From an uncultured virus (IMG/VR IMGVR_UViG_3300022555_000029) (lineage: Duplodnaviria; Heunggongvirae; Uroviricota; Caudoviricetes), in the IMG/VR virus record IMGVR_UViG_3300022555_000029: DNA of 30,059 bases, one strand, 5' to 3'. Position numbers and translations under genes: made by a program. The notes below the pieces were generated by a model that was not told the DNA's origin, made no database searches, and saw only the letters and a program-made list of their open reading frames with translations. This document shows, piece by piece, positions 9,169-19,600 of the stretch (positions are counted from its first letter, which is position 1; each line of letters begins with the position of its first letter).

Positions 9169-9728
9169 TGGCGAAGACAACTTTTACTAATCCAGAGATT
9201 ACAGGAACACATTTATTTTCTATTGACTTCAAATTTTCTCCTCTTGAAGCTTGGAATACATGGTTTAATTCAGGTGAACTTTTCACTGATTATTACAAAA
9301 TAATGTTTAAGCAATGCGTGTTTCAAATTCATAAATATCTGATTAGACTTACACCAATGCAGACTGGAAGATTACGGGGTGGCTGGACAGGTATATTAAA
9401 TAAGTATGGTATAGACTATTCTGCAGCGATGGCTGATACATCATTGCTAGACCATTTTATCGATAAAGTTGATTCTGTTGCAATTGCTGAAGGTATGGCA
9501 TTAAGTGATTTTAAAGATGACGATTTGTATGCTTCAATTATTAATAATGTTTTCTATGGTGAATTTGTAGAATTTGGTACAAGTAAAATGGAAGGTCAAG
9601 CTTTTACAGATAAAGCACGATATAAAGGTGAGTATATATTTACAAAAGCTATGAATGATTGGTTTGCTGAAATGACAGCTAAACAAGAAGTAGTTAAACC
9701 ACCTGTATTAGAGGAGGTAGCTGCTTAA
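9168..9728 (+). CDS. HK97 gp10-like neck/tail-completion protein (GTG start)
   Basis: TPMQTGRLRGGW and NNVFYGEFVEFGTSKM signatures. RBS AGGAGG. Confidence 0.8.
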   Translation: MAKTTFTNPEITGTHLFSIDFKFSPLEAWNTWFNSGELFTDYYKIMFKQCVFQIHKYLIRLTPMQTGRLRGGWTGILNKYGIDYSAAMADTSLLDHFIDKVDSVAIAEGMALSDFKDDDLYASIINNVFYGEFVEFGTSKMEGQAFTDKARYKGEYIFTKAMNDWFAEMTAKQEVVKPPVLEEVAA

Positions 9729-10288
9729 TGCCTTTACCTACTGATTTCAAATGGGTTGCAGGAAAATCTGCAATGATGGGTAGTTTATATGAATACCTAA
9801 CTACCAATATACTAGATGAAACATTTGATTTCGATAATCCTATTATACCTGTTAAACTCCCTGCTTATGGTGTATCAGAGAAAGGATTGTACAATCGAGG
9901 CCCAATAGCACTAGACGATTTTTTAGGTTATAAGAATAGTAAAGGCCTTTATGGAAGATTAAATCAAACATTAGTAGAAGTATCTGCTTGGGATGATGAG
10001 ACAATACATCCAGAGGCAGTAGGTAAAGTTAGGCAGATGCGGGATAAGATAGTTTATCTTTTATACAATGCAGGAAGAAAGGGTGATGACAATGTATTTG
10101 TTTTACCACCGATTAAGTTGTACAATTACTATTCTCTGCCGACAAAGACAGAAATCGGTGCGATATATTTAGACCCTTCTGATAACGCTATAAATGAAAA
10201 GTTCATTATAGACCCAGTTAATCAGAATGTGAAAATATACAAGTTGTTAGTAAGATTGTTCTGGATAGAGTATTTTAACCAAGCATAA
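9728..10288 (+). CDS. Tail terminator protein (putative)
   Basis: Position between the gp10-like gene and the tail tube. TAATG coupling. Confidence 0.55.
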   Translation: MPLPTDFKWVAGKSAMMGSLYEYLTTNILDETFDFDNPIIPVKLPAYGVSEKGLYNRGPIALDDFLGYKNSKGLYGRLNQTLVEVSAWDDETIHPEAVGKVRQMRDKIVYLLYNAGRKGDDNVFVLPPIKLYNYYSLPTKTEIGAIYLDPSDNAINEKFIIDPVNQNVKIYKLLVRLFWIEYFNQA

Positions 10289-10308
10289 ACCAATAAGGAG
10301 GTGTAAGG

Positions 10309-11058
10309 ATGGAACTGATTCAAGGAGTAAGGACAAAGGTAGTGCTAACTAGTTTGAATCATGGAGCTGTCAGGGTACCTTTAGCGCAGTCGTTTAACTA
10401 TACGCCAAAGTTAACTGAGAGAAACATTAACGAGTTTGATAATTTGGAAGTAGCTCAGGTTATCACTTCTTTTGATGGTGTAGATGTTTCTTTTGACTAT
10501 TTAGACAGCGACAGCAAACTAGTTGATGCTATGTTTGCAGATGTTTCTCCAGCAGCATCTGTAGTGCTGGATGACCCTTCTAACTACAAATTGGTAAACG
10601 TATTTGCCAATATGAAGGGTATTGACACAGGATTGATTATTAGTTCTGTGCTTTGTAAAGCTTGTAGAGCTAAAGGTTCTCCGTATACTGAACCAGTAAA
10701 AGAAGAAGCGAAAGTTACTAGAGATTTATCCGCCACAAACGTAATTAAGGTTAAGGGTGCTGCGATTATGTATGCCAGGATTCACTTGGCAACAGGGTAT
10801 TCTGGATACAGTCAAGCTGTTCCTCCGAATGCCTATACAGATTTAGGTATCTCTGGATTATCTGGTGCTTACAGAGCATTCAGTGGTTATACCTTAATAC
10901 CTTACGATGGGGCAAGTGGATATGATTTCTGGGTATTAAAGAATGGCGAAGAAGTAACAACTGGCTACACAATGTCAGCTTCAGGTTTCATTACAACTGA
11001 CCCGTGTGGTGCTAATGATACGTGGGAAGTATTTGGATTGTATGTAGATACAGTTTAA
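10309..11058 (+). CDS. Major tail tube protein with a Ser-Gly-containing C-terminal extension
   Basis: Strong RBS AAGGAGGTG. It lies directly before a hairpin, the frameshifted chaperone and the tape measure. Confidence 0.75.
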   Translation: MELIQGVRTKVVLTSLNHGAVRVPLAQSFNYTPKLTERNINEFDNLEVAQVITSFDGVDVSFDYLDSDSKLVDAMFADVSPAASVVLDDPSNYKLVNVFANMKGIDTGLIISSVLCKACRAKGSPYTEPVKEEAKVTRDLSATNVIKVKGAAIMYARIHLATGYSGYSQAVPPNAYTDLGISGLSGAYRAFSGYTLIPYDGASGYDFWVLKNGEEVTTGYTMSASGFITTDPCGANDTWEVFGLYVDTV

Positions 11059-11069
11059 GAGAAATAAAA

Positions 11070-11112
11070 GAGGAGTGGGGTAAGCAACTAAACCCTGTTT
11101 GCTCCACTCCTC
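11070..11112 (+). promoter_or_regulatory. Stem-loop downstream of the tail tube gene, with no U-tract
   Basis: GAGGAGTGGGGTAAGCA pairs with TGTTTGCTCCACTCCTC (17 bp with G-U) around a 9-nt loop. Confidence 0.75.
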
Positions 11113-11135
11113 TCCAATGAAGAAGGAGTATAAAG

Positions 11136-11678
11136 ATGTCAGATAAAGAGAAAAAAGTTTTAGCAGAAGAGCAGGTTATAAAAGCAATGGAAAAAGTGAG
11201 AAAGGAAAAGGTTGAGGTAAATCTTAATCCTAAAAAATTTCTCCTAGAACATTCAAAAACAGAGTTGGAAAAGTTAGAGAAAATTCCACCCGAGGGAATG
11301 AATGAACATGAGCTTAAACTGCTAGAAGAAATGAAGGCAACTTATAAAGCAAATGTAGCTAAGTATGAAGTTGCTAAGTTGGAAGCACTTTTAGTTCCAC
11401 TTAAGTATAGAGATTTGCAAGCGATTAAAGATAGTATTTTAGAAGCAGTGAAGTATTCAATGCAGTACAATTGGGATGATGATATCAAAATGCGGGCTAT
11501 GATTCGTGAGGAACATACGATGACCGTATATCTTGCTTTACGCAAGAAAGATAATCCTAATGAACGTTACTATATTTCGCTTGAAGAAGTAGCAAAAGAA
11601 ACAGAAAATGTCATAGAAGAATTATACTCTATGTATGTAAATAGTTTTGTTCTTACCGACGACGAAAGAAAAAACTAA
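11136..11678 (+). CDS. Tail assembly chaperone (lambda gpG-like)
   Basis: Lies between the tube and tape-measure genes and ends in a slippery heptamer. Confidence 0.8.
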   Translation: MSDKEKKVLAEEQVIKAMEKVRKEKVEVNLNPKKFLLEHSKTELEKLEKIPPEGMNEHELKLLEEMKATYKANVAKYEVAKLEALLVPLKYRDLQAIKDSILEAVKYSMQYNWDDDIKMRAMIREEHTMTVYLALRKKDNPNERYYISLEEVAKETENVIEELYSMYVNSFVLTDDERKN

Positions 11679-11902
11679 TAAGAAGTAATCTGTTCTTAAG
11701 TCATCATCAGATTGCTTCTACCTATGGCTACAAGATGTTTAAAGCCGATGCAGTAGATGACTTGACTTTAGAGCAGTATAACGTTTTAATAGAGCTCTGG
11801 AATATGCAAGCTGAAGAAAAAATAAATGCTGGTGTAGATAAACGCACTACAAGAATAGTTACTGTGCCTGGCAAACCAGGGGTTCATTATGGAGATGATT
11901 AA
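11669..11902 (+). CDS. -1 programmed frameshift extension of the tail chaperone (gpGT-like; fusion 11136..11902, about 255 aa)
   Basis: A AAA AAC at 11669-11675 sits just before the TAA. The -1 frame is open for 75 codons (LIRSNLFLSHHQIAS...HYGDD) and its stop overlaps the tape-measure ATG. Confidence 0.85.
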   Translation, partial: KKLIRSNLFLSHHQIASTYGYKMFKADAVDDLTLEQYNVLIELWNMQAEEKINAGVDKRTTRIVTVPGKPGVHYGDD

Positions 11903-14271
11903 TGGCAAGTAGTCTAACACTAGATATTATTGCTAAACTTGACCCAAAAGGGTTTAATGATTTGGCAAAGTATATGGAAGATGTCAAAAATCAAACCCAA
12001 GCTGCTTCTGGGTCTGCCATTAAATTAGCTGACTCTTTCAGTGCTCTTAAAAATGCTGTTGTAGGTGGCGTTCTTACCTTACCTCTTATTAATTTTACAA
12101 GAGAGGCAATCAGAAGCGAAGATGTTACTGCAAGATTTAGACTTCAATTAGAATCGCTTAATCAATCAATATCTCAATCTCAGATAGACGAGCTTGCTCA
12201 AAAAACAAGACGATTTGGTATAGCTGAAACGGAAATGGTTCAAGGCCTAGCACAAGGTCTTACTTATCTCAAAACTACTACAAATGAGATGAGGCTTCTT
12301 GATACTGCTATAGGTATGACTGTGCTTAAAGGCATTAGCCTTGGCCAAGCTTTCCAACAAATAGGAATGATACAGCTTGGGAACACTAGAATTCTTCGCC
12401 AATATGGTATTACTTTAGATACTAGCATCAAAGACCCAACTGATAGGACTGCAAAAGCCATTGAAGAATTGCGTAAGAAGATGGAACCAATGGCAAAGGA
12501 ATCTGGTACACTAGCCTCTGAAATGAAAAAAGCAGGTGCTACTATAGGTGACATCGGTGAGAAAATTGCGTCATCACTTCTTCCACCTATAACTGCAGTT
12601 CTCAAAGCATTCAACAGCTTATCCGATTCAACAAAACAAACAATACTTACTATTGGATTAGTTGGGACTACGATATTAGGTGTTTCAAAAATCTTACTTG
12701 CGCTTCAAGCAATAACTGCTAGATTTGCTGTAACTTCTGGTGTTGCTGCTGTTAGTACAGGTTCATTGACAACTGCTATAGGTATAATGGGTCCTGTTAC
12801 TCAAGCAACTTCACTTGAAATTGATAGATTAGCGATGTCAATAGGTGTAGCGATAGCTGCGGAACAAAAAGCTATTACTTCAACTGTAATATTTGGAAAA
12901 ACAATAGCAAATGCTAACATAATATTTTTAGCTGCTTCTGTTATTATAGGTGCTTTATGGTCAATTTATTCTCAATGGAAAGATAAACAGGATAAAGCTA
13001 CAAAAGCAAGAGAAGACCAAACAATTGCTGATGCTGCTGGAGTTAAACAATTACAAGCCAACATTGAAATACTTAAAGAAGAAATAACAACTGATGATGA
13101 TAAGATTGCAAAACTTAAAGAACTTAAAGAAGCTTCACAAGGATTTCTTGATGCAAGGACAACTGCAATTCAAAAAGGCAGTAAATTAGAAGCTGAGTCA
13201 GCAGAAAATTTTAGACAACAAGCTGAAGTAAAAATTAAAACACTTGAAAGATTACAAGAAGCTGAAAAAGCTTCTGGAAAGATTACTACAGAAGAAGCAC
13301 AGAAAATGGCTAATGTAAGAAATTTTGGTGGAGAGACTGAAGCTGAAATTATGGCATTAACACAACTACGTAATGGTTATAGGGATGTTTTTGGGGAAAA
13401 GTCTCTTGCTGCTTTAGCTGCAGATGACAAGATTAAAGATTCAGAGAGGAAATTACGTCAAGAACGAACTACTACACAAAAAGAACTACTTTCAATACAA
13501 GGTGACCTTGCTAAAAAGGCAATTTCAGAAGAAACTAATGCTAGAAGACTTGGGCGTGAAAGTTTTGCTATTATTGACAAAGAACAAACAGCTAAAATGC
13601 TTGCCGTTGAATTACAATTAAAGAAAGCTGAATTAAATCAAGAAGCAGCTGCTTTAAGTAAAGAATGGGCTAAAAATGCAGAATTGAAAAAAGCTTTTGT
13701 GCAGAAGGAAGAGGCTGCACTTAGAGATATAAGAATAGCTTATGCAAGAGCAGCATTAGATAAAGAATTAGAACTTGCTCTTATGACAGCAGAAGAAAGA
13801 GCAAAATATGATGAAGAGCAAGCAAGGGCAAGACAAATTCTTGGTCGTGTTTCTAGTGTAGACCAAATTGGGAAGTTATCAGACGAAGAAAAGACTTTAC
13901 TTAAGACAATGCAGGACCAAAGTATTTTAGAAGCTAAGATGGCTGAGTTAGCAAAAGAAAGACAAAAAGCGACAGAGGAAGAGTGGAAGACTCGCATCAA
14001 TTTTACAAAAACAGGTATGGCAAGTAGGGTTCCGTTGACTGAATCAGAATTAGCACAAAAAGATGTTGAGGCACTAGGCGTTAACAATAAAGCTCTGGGT
14101 GTAAAGCTTACGACTGATACAAATGTTACACTTACAGTATCAAATCCTGGGGAATTAGCTGATAAAGTATCAACTGCCGTGGTAGGTGCTATTAAACCAT
14201 ATTTTGAAGAGGCTGCAAAAGAAGCAGCAAGACAAACAGCATTAATGGGTAATAATCTTAAACAGGGATAA
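11902..14271 (+). CDS. Tail tape measure protein
   Basis: 789 aa, Ala/Lys/Glu-rich and helical with central hydrophobic segments, in the canonical position. Confidence 0.9.
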   Translation: MASSLTLDIIAKLDPKGFNDLAKYMEDVKNQTQAASGSAIKLADSFSALKNAVVGGVLTLPLINFTREAIRSEDVTARFRLQLESLNQSISQSQIDELAQKTRRFGIAETEMVQGLAQGLTYLKTTTNEMRLLDTAIGMTVLKGISLGQAFQQIGMIQLGNTRILRQYGITLDTSIKDPTDRTAKAIEELRKKMEPMAKESGTLASEMKKAGATIGDIGEKIASSLLPPITAVLKAFNSLSDSTKQTILTIGLVGTTILGVSKILLALQAITARFAVTSGVAAVSTGSLTTAIGIMGPVTQATSLEIDRLAMSIGVAIAAEQKAITSTVIFGKTIANANIIFLAASVIIGALWSIYSQWKDKQDKATKAREDQTIADAAGVKQLQANIEILKEEITTDDDKIAKLKELKEASQGFLDARTTAIQKGSKLEAESAENFRQQAEVKIKTLERLQEAEKASGKITTEEAQKMANVRNFGGETEAEIMALTQLRNGYRDVFGEKSLAALAADDKIKDSERKLRQERTTTQKELLSIQGDLAKKAISEETNARRLGRESFAIIDKEQTAKMLAVELQLKKAELNQEAAALSKEWAKNAELKKAFVQKEEAALRDIRIAYARAALDKELELALMTAEERAKYDEEQARARQILGRVSSVDQIGKLSDEEKTLLKTMQDQSILEAKMAELAKERQKATEEEWKTRINFTKTGMASRVPLTESELAQKDVEALGVNNKALGVKLTTDTNVTLTVSNPGELADKVSTAVVGAIKPYFEEAAKEAARQTALMGNNLKQG

Positions 14272-14273
14272 CG

Positions 14274-14750
14274 ATGAGAACTTTAGTTCAGTGGATGAGG
14301 GGTGAAAATGGAACAGGTGGGACCTATACCTTTAGTCCCAAGCCTATGATTACTCGTGTTTCACCTGGACAGAAAACTTCTGTACTAGAAATACCTAAAA
14401 TGAATGGTAGTATAGTTCAAACTCTTGGATTAAATGCTAGAAAAATAGAACTACAGGGCGTGATTTATGTAGTCAATCCAAGTTTCGATAATCTTGTTGA
14501 AAAGAAAAGATTATTGGAAGAAGGTCTTGGTACAGGCTTAGGACAACTTCATATCATATCTGAGTTTGGTAATGCTAACTCAAAACACGTTTATTATAAA
14601 GGAATATTAGATGGTGATTTACAATGGGCAGAGCAAAAGAATATGTCCTTTTTAGATTACAGATTTTCTATACTTTGCCCTGACCCGACAGAGTATTATT
14701 ATGGTGCAGAGAACCTTAGAACTATTGCTTCAGATGCACGAATAGTATAG
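14274..14750 (+). CDS. Distal tail (Dit-like) protein
   Basis: First gene after the tape measure. LEIPKMNGSIVQTLGLNARKIELQG and FSILCPDP patterns. Confidence 0.65.
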   Translation: MRTLVQWMRGENGTGGTYTFSPKPMITRVSPGQKTSVLEIPKMNGSIVQTLGLNARKIELQGVIYVVNPSFDNLVEKKRLLEEGLGTGLGQLHIISEFGNANSKHVYYKGILDGDLQWAEQKNMSFLDYRFSILCPDPTEYYYGAENLRTIASDARIV

Positions 14751-14758
14751 GAGAAATT

Positions 14759-15724
14759 ATGAATGCAGATTTAAAGTTATATGTAGGTGCAACTGAGATT
14801 GGAACAACGGGTAATCCCTTGTCTTTTCCAGGTGTAGTAGCGGGAGTTAATACCCCTTATGTTTCTAATCCTGTATATCTATGGAATGATAAAGGTGGTT
14901 CTATTGGCAGTGTTCCTGCCAAAAACATAATCATTTCTGTATTAGAGATGTGGATAGAAGATGAGATATTAGGTACAAGTGATGGCAATGCTGACCAGAC
15001 ATTTAATACAGATTTCTTTCCTATATTAGATACTGGTGTAGTAGATGATATTGAAGTCAAAGTTGGTATTATTGTTTATGATAGAGTTAGTTCTTTAGCT
15101 GGGCAAAGTCCTACAGCTGAAGTTTATACAATAGATGTTATTACGGGATTGATTACTTTTGGCAATGGGGTTACAGGAAAAATCCCGCCCATAAGTGAGC
15201 AGATTACCATAACTTATATGCCTGATTTGTTAGTGTATGGAAAAGAGGTGTATGATAGTTTATGGTTAGAAGTAAAATCTTTTGGTGTAACTTCTAATAC
15301 TGTTACTGTAGTGGATGAAAGATTGACTTCAACAGATGTAGACCATATCACCACTATAAATACAACAGTAAATGGTGTTACAGGAGTTTGGCTACAATCA
15401 GACCCAAGCCATGTTGGAACTAATTATTATACTGGTGGTTCTTATGATGCTAATACTGGTATAGTAACTTTAGGAGTTTCTTTACCTTCAGCTACAGAGC
15501 AAGTTTTAACTAATTATACTTATGTTCCAATAGATGATTTAGAGTCAGTTTACACACCAATAGGGCTTGACCCAGCATTAGGGATAGATACAACACATAC
15601 CTTTGTAAACCAGATACCTAGCAATAATGCTAAGTTATTATATTTTCAATTGAATGTTCCAGCAACAGCAACACCAAGTGGTAGTAATGTGAATTTTAGG
15701 ATACTTTTAACTTACACGCAATAA
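14759..15724 (+). CDS. Tail tip/baseplate-associated protein
   Basis: LGTSDGNADQTF...YTIDVITGLITFGNGVTGKIPP resembles modules in baseplate wedge proteins. Confidence 0.55.
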   Translation: MNADLKLYVGATEIGTTGNPLSFPGVVAGVNTPYVSNPVYLWNDKGGSIGSVPAKNIIISVLEMWIEDEILGTSDGNADQTFNTDFFPILDTGVVDDIEVKVGIIVYDRVSSLAGQSPTAEVYTIDVITGLITFGNGVTGKIPPISEQITITYMPDLLVYGKEVYDSLWLEVKSFGVTSNTVTVVDERLTSTDVDHITTINTTVNGVTGVWLQSDPSHVGTNYYTGGSYDANTGIVTLGVSLPSATEQVLTNYTYVPIDDLESVYTPIGLDPALGIDTTHTFVNQIPSNNAKLLYFQLNVPATATPSGSNVNFRILLTYTQ

Positions 15725-15737
15725 TAAGGAGGTAGAC

Positions 15738-16211
15738 ATGGCAGCAATGTTTGAGTATTCAGAATCAAATACTGTCAGTGAAACACCTACTGACGGTATA
15801 GCAAACTTAAACTTTGGAAGTAACGACTCTCCAGATTTAAGTCCCTCGACGTATCCAATTGTGGTTACAGAATCATCGTTTGAAAAGTATATTAGGGCTA
15901 AGTTTAGTAGTACCTTTACTGAAATCTCTAATATGAAATTCTGGATGTCAGCTGGAGTATTGGTTGCTGGTGAAACAATTAAGGCAGCTGAAAATGTTGC
16001 TTTTGTTACACCTTCAGCTACAACTAATGCTGATTCAGCGGTCCCTATTACCGAAGGTGCAGCATTAGTAATTCAAGCAGCTGGCGGTGGTAGTACTATT
16101 GTAGCCCCAGGGTATACCAAATATATCAGGTTACAGTTAGATACCACAGGTTCTACTCCCTCTGGAGCAGTAAATCAGAAGACCTTCACGTTTCAATACG
16201 ACGAGGTATAA
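15738..16211 (+). CDS. Minor tail structural protein (beta-sandwich-like)
   Basis: RBS AAGGAGG, Ser/Thr/Ala-rich composition and position in the tail module. Confidence 0.6.
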   Translation: MAAMFEYSESNTVSETPTDGIANLNFGSNDSPDLSPSTYPIVVTESSFEKYIRAKFSSTFTEISNMKFWMSAGVLVAGETIKAAENVAFVTPSATTNADSAVPITEGAALVIQAAGGGSTIVAPGYTKYIRLQLDTTGSTPSGAVNQKTFTFQYDEV

Positions 16212-16220
16212 GGAGGACAT

Positions 16221-16679
16221 ATGTCTAATACAATAGACTTCGCTTTGGGGGCTGACAATAAAATGAAAGCCCTTTCGTTCTACTGGACCGCCATATTCAA
16301 GGATGGTTCGTTCATTACTCAGTTTGACCCCCATACCAATAAGGAAAATCTATTTCAGTTAGTAAAAGATAGGTTCAGTGACCTAGATTGCTTTATTCTC
16401 AAGCATTTTGAAAATAATCTGCAATTCAAAGTTGACCTATCTAAAGGGACAACCTCTTGTGGAAGCCAGGAAATAGAGCCTAATAGAAGTCTTGAAAAAG
16501 AAAATATCAGGTTAATCTATTTTAGGAGGATTAAAAACCAGATAGGTTCCCTTGACTGGTTAGTTAAATCAGTAGATATCAAACATCATTTAGGGTTCCA
16601 GTTCAATAATGCTGGTACCAATAGACAGATAGTTTTAATCATAGATAGTGAAGGTAACTGGACAACAGAATATAAATAA
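16221..16679 (+). CDS. Hypothetical protein in the tail module
   Basis: RBS AAGGAGG and TAATG coupling to the next gene. Confidence 0.65.
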   Translation: MSNTIDFALGADNKMKALSFYWTAIFKDGSFITQFDPHTNKENLFQLVKDRFSDLDCFILKHFENNLQFKVDLSKGTTSCGSQEIEPNRSLEKENIRLIYFRRIKNQIGSLDWLVKSVDIKHHLGFQFNNAGTNRQIVLIIDSEGNWTTEYK

Positions 16680-19600
16680 TGGCTAAAAAGACTTTAAAAT
16701 TTCTATGTCACTGTGATGGAGTTAATAATGGCTCTGTCTTCATTGATGAACTTGGGCATCCTGCTTATGTAGTAGGCAGTCCTGTTACTAAAACTGCTAT
16801 TAAGAAGTTTGGTACTGCTTCTATACACTTTCCTGGTGGTAGTTATATAAACTTTGGTAATTATGATAGTTTTAATTTAGGAGCAAATAGTTTTAAATTA
16901 ACATTCTGGTTATATATTGTTGGAAGTTCTTCTGGGCAATCTATAATTTCTCGTAGACCTTCTGGAGTAGCTCGTGGGTGGTGTGTATATGTAGGTGATG
17001 CCAATAAACTTTGGCTTGCTGGTAACTTTGGTGGTGGATGGTATAACCCATTTTTGGCAAGTGCCAATGCTTTTACTCCAGATACTTTACACTATGTTGA
17101 AATAGGTAGACAGGGTGATAATTGGGTAATGTCCATAGATGGTCATATAGAAGCTACTGCTACTCTTGCTGGTGTAGCTGATGATGACCCTTCTGGGTTT
17201 ACTTTAGGTTCTTCTTCTCAAAGTGGAGAAGGTACTTTAAATGATGGATACTTAGATGAAGTATCTTTAGAGGTTGGTGATTTCCCTCACTTTGAAGATT
17301 TTACTCCCCCAGATAGACCGTTTGTCTTAGATGCTTATGCTTCTCAGTATCCCCTTATGCAAACTGGAGATTATGTTAAAGCTACCACTACTTATGCTCA
17401 TCCTGCTTTTGAACCGTATTTTATTACAGACCCTCTCAAATCTTTAGTTGGTTCAGCAGATGCTTCTGTAACTTGGTATGCTGCTGGTGGTACAGTAACT
17501 AACCAGAGGTTCCATATAGATTTAGGTACAGCTAAGATAATTAAGCGTATACATTATGAGAACTTCCACCACTTTGGTGGTAACTTAGATTCAGGTATAC
17601 AGAACTTTACCCTATGGGGTTCTAATGATGCAAGTGCTTTTTCTGATTTAACCTATGGTGATGATACCAACTGGACACAAATCCCTACCAATAGACCTGC
17701 TTTTGAACAACACGTAGCTTTTGATATACCAGACCCTAAGTATATTACTGCTCAAAATAATGTAGCTTATCGTTACTACGCTTTCAAGTTTGCGGATACT
17801 TGGGGAAATGCTACCCTAATGGGATTCAGGAGATTAGTGTTGCAGTCCTTAGCTCCTGATTATGAACCTCTATATCCTCCAGTTATAGATGCGTCTTCTG
17901 TAATTGCTGCTTCAACTTATAGTGCTTATTACCCATACACAGCAGTAGACCCAGCTACTTCTCTTATCGGAGGTTGGGCTGGATGGATTTCTGATTTAGC
18001 TACTAATACTAATCAGCGTTTCCATATTGATTTAGGTAGTGCTCAGATAGCAAAGAGAATCTATTATGAAAATGCTCACCAGTATGCAATTGATTCAAAT
18101 GTTGGTGTAAAGAACTTTACAGTTTGGGGTTCTAATAATGCTGGAGCTTTTGCTGAACTTACCTATGGTATAGATACAAACTGGACTCAGATTCCTACTG
18201 ATGTATCTGAATTTGCTGAACACGTAGCAGCAGACGTTCCTGACCCTCACTATGTTCTCCTTACAAATGCAGTTGCTTACCGTTATTATGCTATAAAGAT
18301 TGCCGATAACTGGGGTGCAGCCTATATGGGTATTAGACATATAGAGATACAGACTATAGAAAATCCTAGTCTCTCCCAATATCCTCCAGCTCAGACTGGA
18401 ACTTATGTTAAAGCTACCAATTCTGCTTATGCCTATGGTGGTAATCCTGAATATGCCACTGACCCTACTAAGCCTCTGACTGGTAGTCAGGTAGGTAATG
18501 GATGGTCAGCTTATCCTGATTCAGTCAATATGAGGTTCCATATAGACCTAGGCGAAGCTAAAATAATAGATAGGTTCTACTATGAGAATATGCACATTTC
18601 AGGAACTACCCTTGAAGGTGCTAAGAACTTTACTCTATGGGGTACTAACAATCCTAACAGATTTAATGATTTAGTTTATGATAATGATAGACCAAATGTT
18701 TTTGTAGGTGGTACTCCCTATGATGATGACACTCACTATGACCCTACTTTCCAACCGCCCAAAGCAGTAGACGGTAATACTGGAACAAGATGGTCAAATG
18801 GTGGTAGCGGTCCTAGACCTCACTGGTGGGCATATGACTTAGGTGTTGGTAATGAAAAAACAGTTACTGAAGTAAGGATTTGGGGTAATCCAGGAGATAT
18901 AGCTACTTGGCAAATCCAAGGTTCAAATGATAATTTTTCTACGTTTGATATCCTCTATGATAGTACTGAGTATATTCCTGCTGGTATGTGGACTAATTAT
19001 AAGTTCCCCAATACAACTGCTTACAGGTATTATAGATTTTATGTAAACGAACCTCCTGTTTCCAATTATTGTTCTATCTATGAGATTCAAGCATTTGAAG
19101 ATGGATGGGTTCAGTTAACTACCAATGAGACTGCTTTTAATCAGCACGTTCCTTATGATGTAGAAGACCCTAATTTTATCCTGGTAGAGGTTCCTGAGCC
19201 TTTTAGGTATTATGCTTTAAAAATAGCTGACTGCTATCCTAACTATATATCTTTCAGAAGGATAGAATTGCAGAGTTCTAGCTCTATCCCATTCGTTACT
19301 ATACAAGAGGACATATTATCAGATGCTAAAATAAAGTACTTTAATGTTCAGCAGGACATACTGTCAGATACAACTATAGTTAATGATAGAGTCCAAGAAG
19401 ACATCCTGTCTGATGCTAAGATAAAAAAACTTAATGTACAGCAGGATATTAATTCTGATACCAAGATTAAGGTATTAGGTGTTCAGCAGCCCATACTTTC
19501 AGATGCTACTGTAGTTATTCAGCATCAGGTAGATATATTTTCTGATGCTAAGATTAAGAAGCTTGGTGTACAGCAACTTATATTCTCTAATACCAAGATT

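Noticed and set aside
14759..15724. Contractile (myovirus) tail, suggested by a baseplate-wedge-like motif
   Set aside because: No sheath gene lies between the neck and tube genes, and gene order is siphovirus-like.
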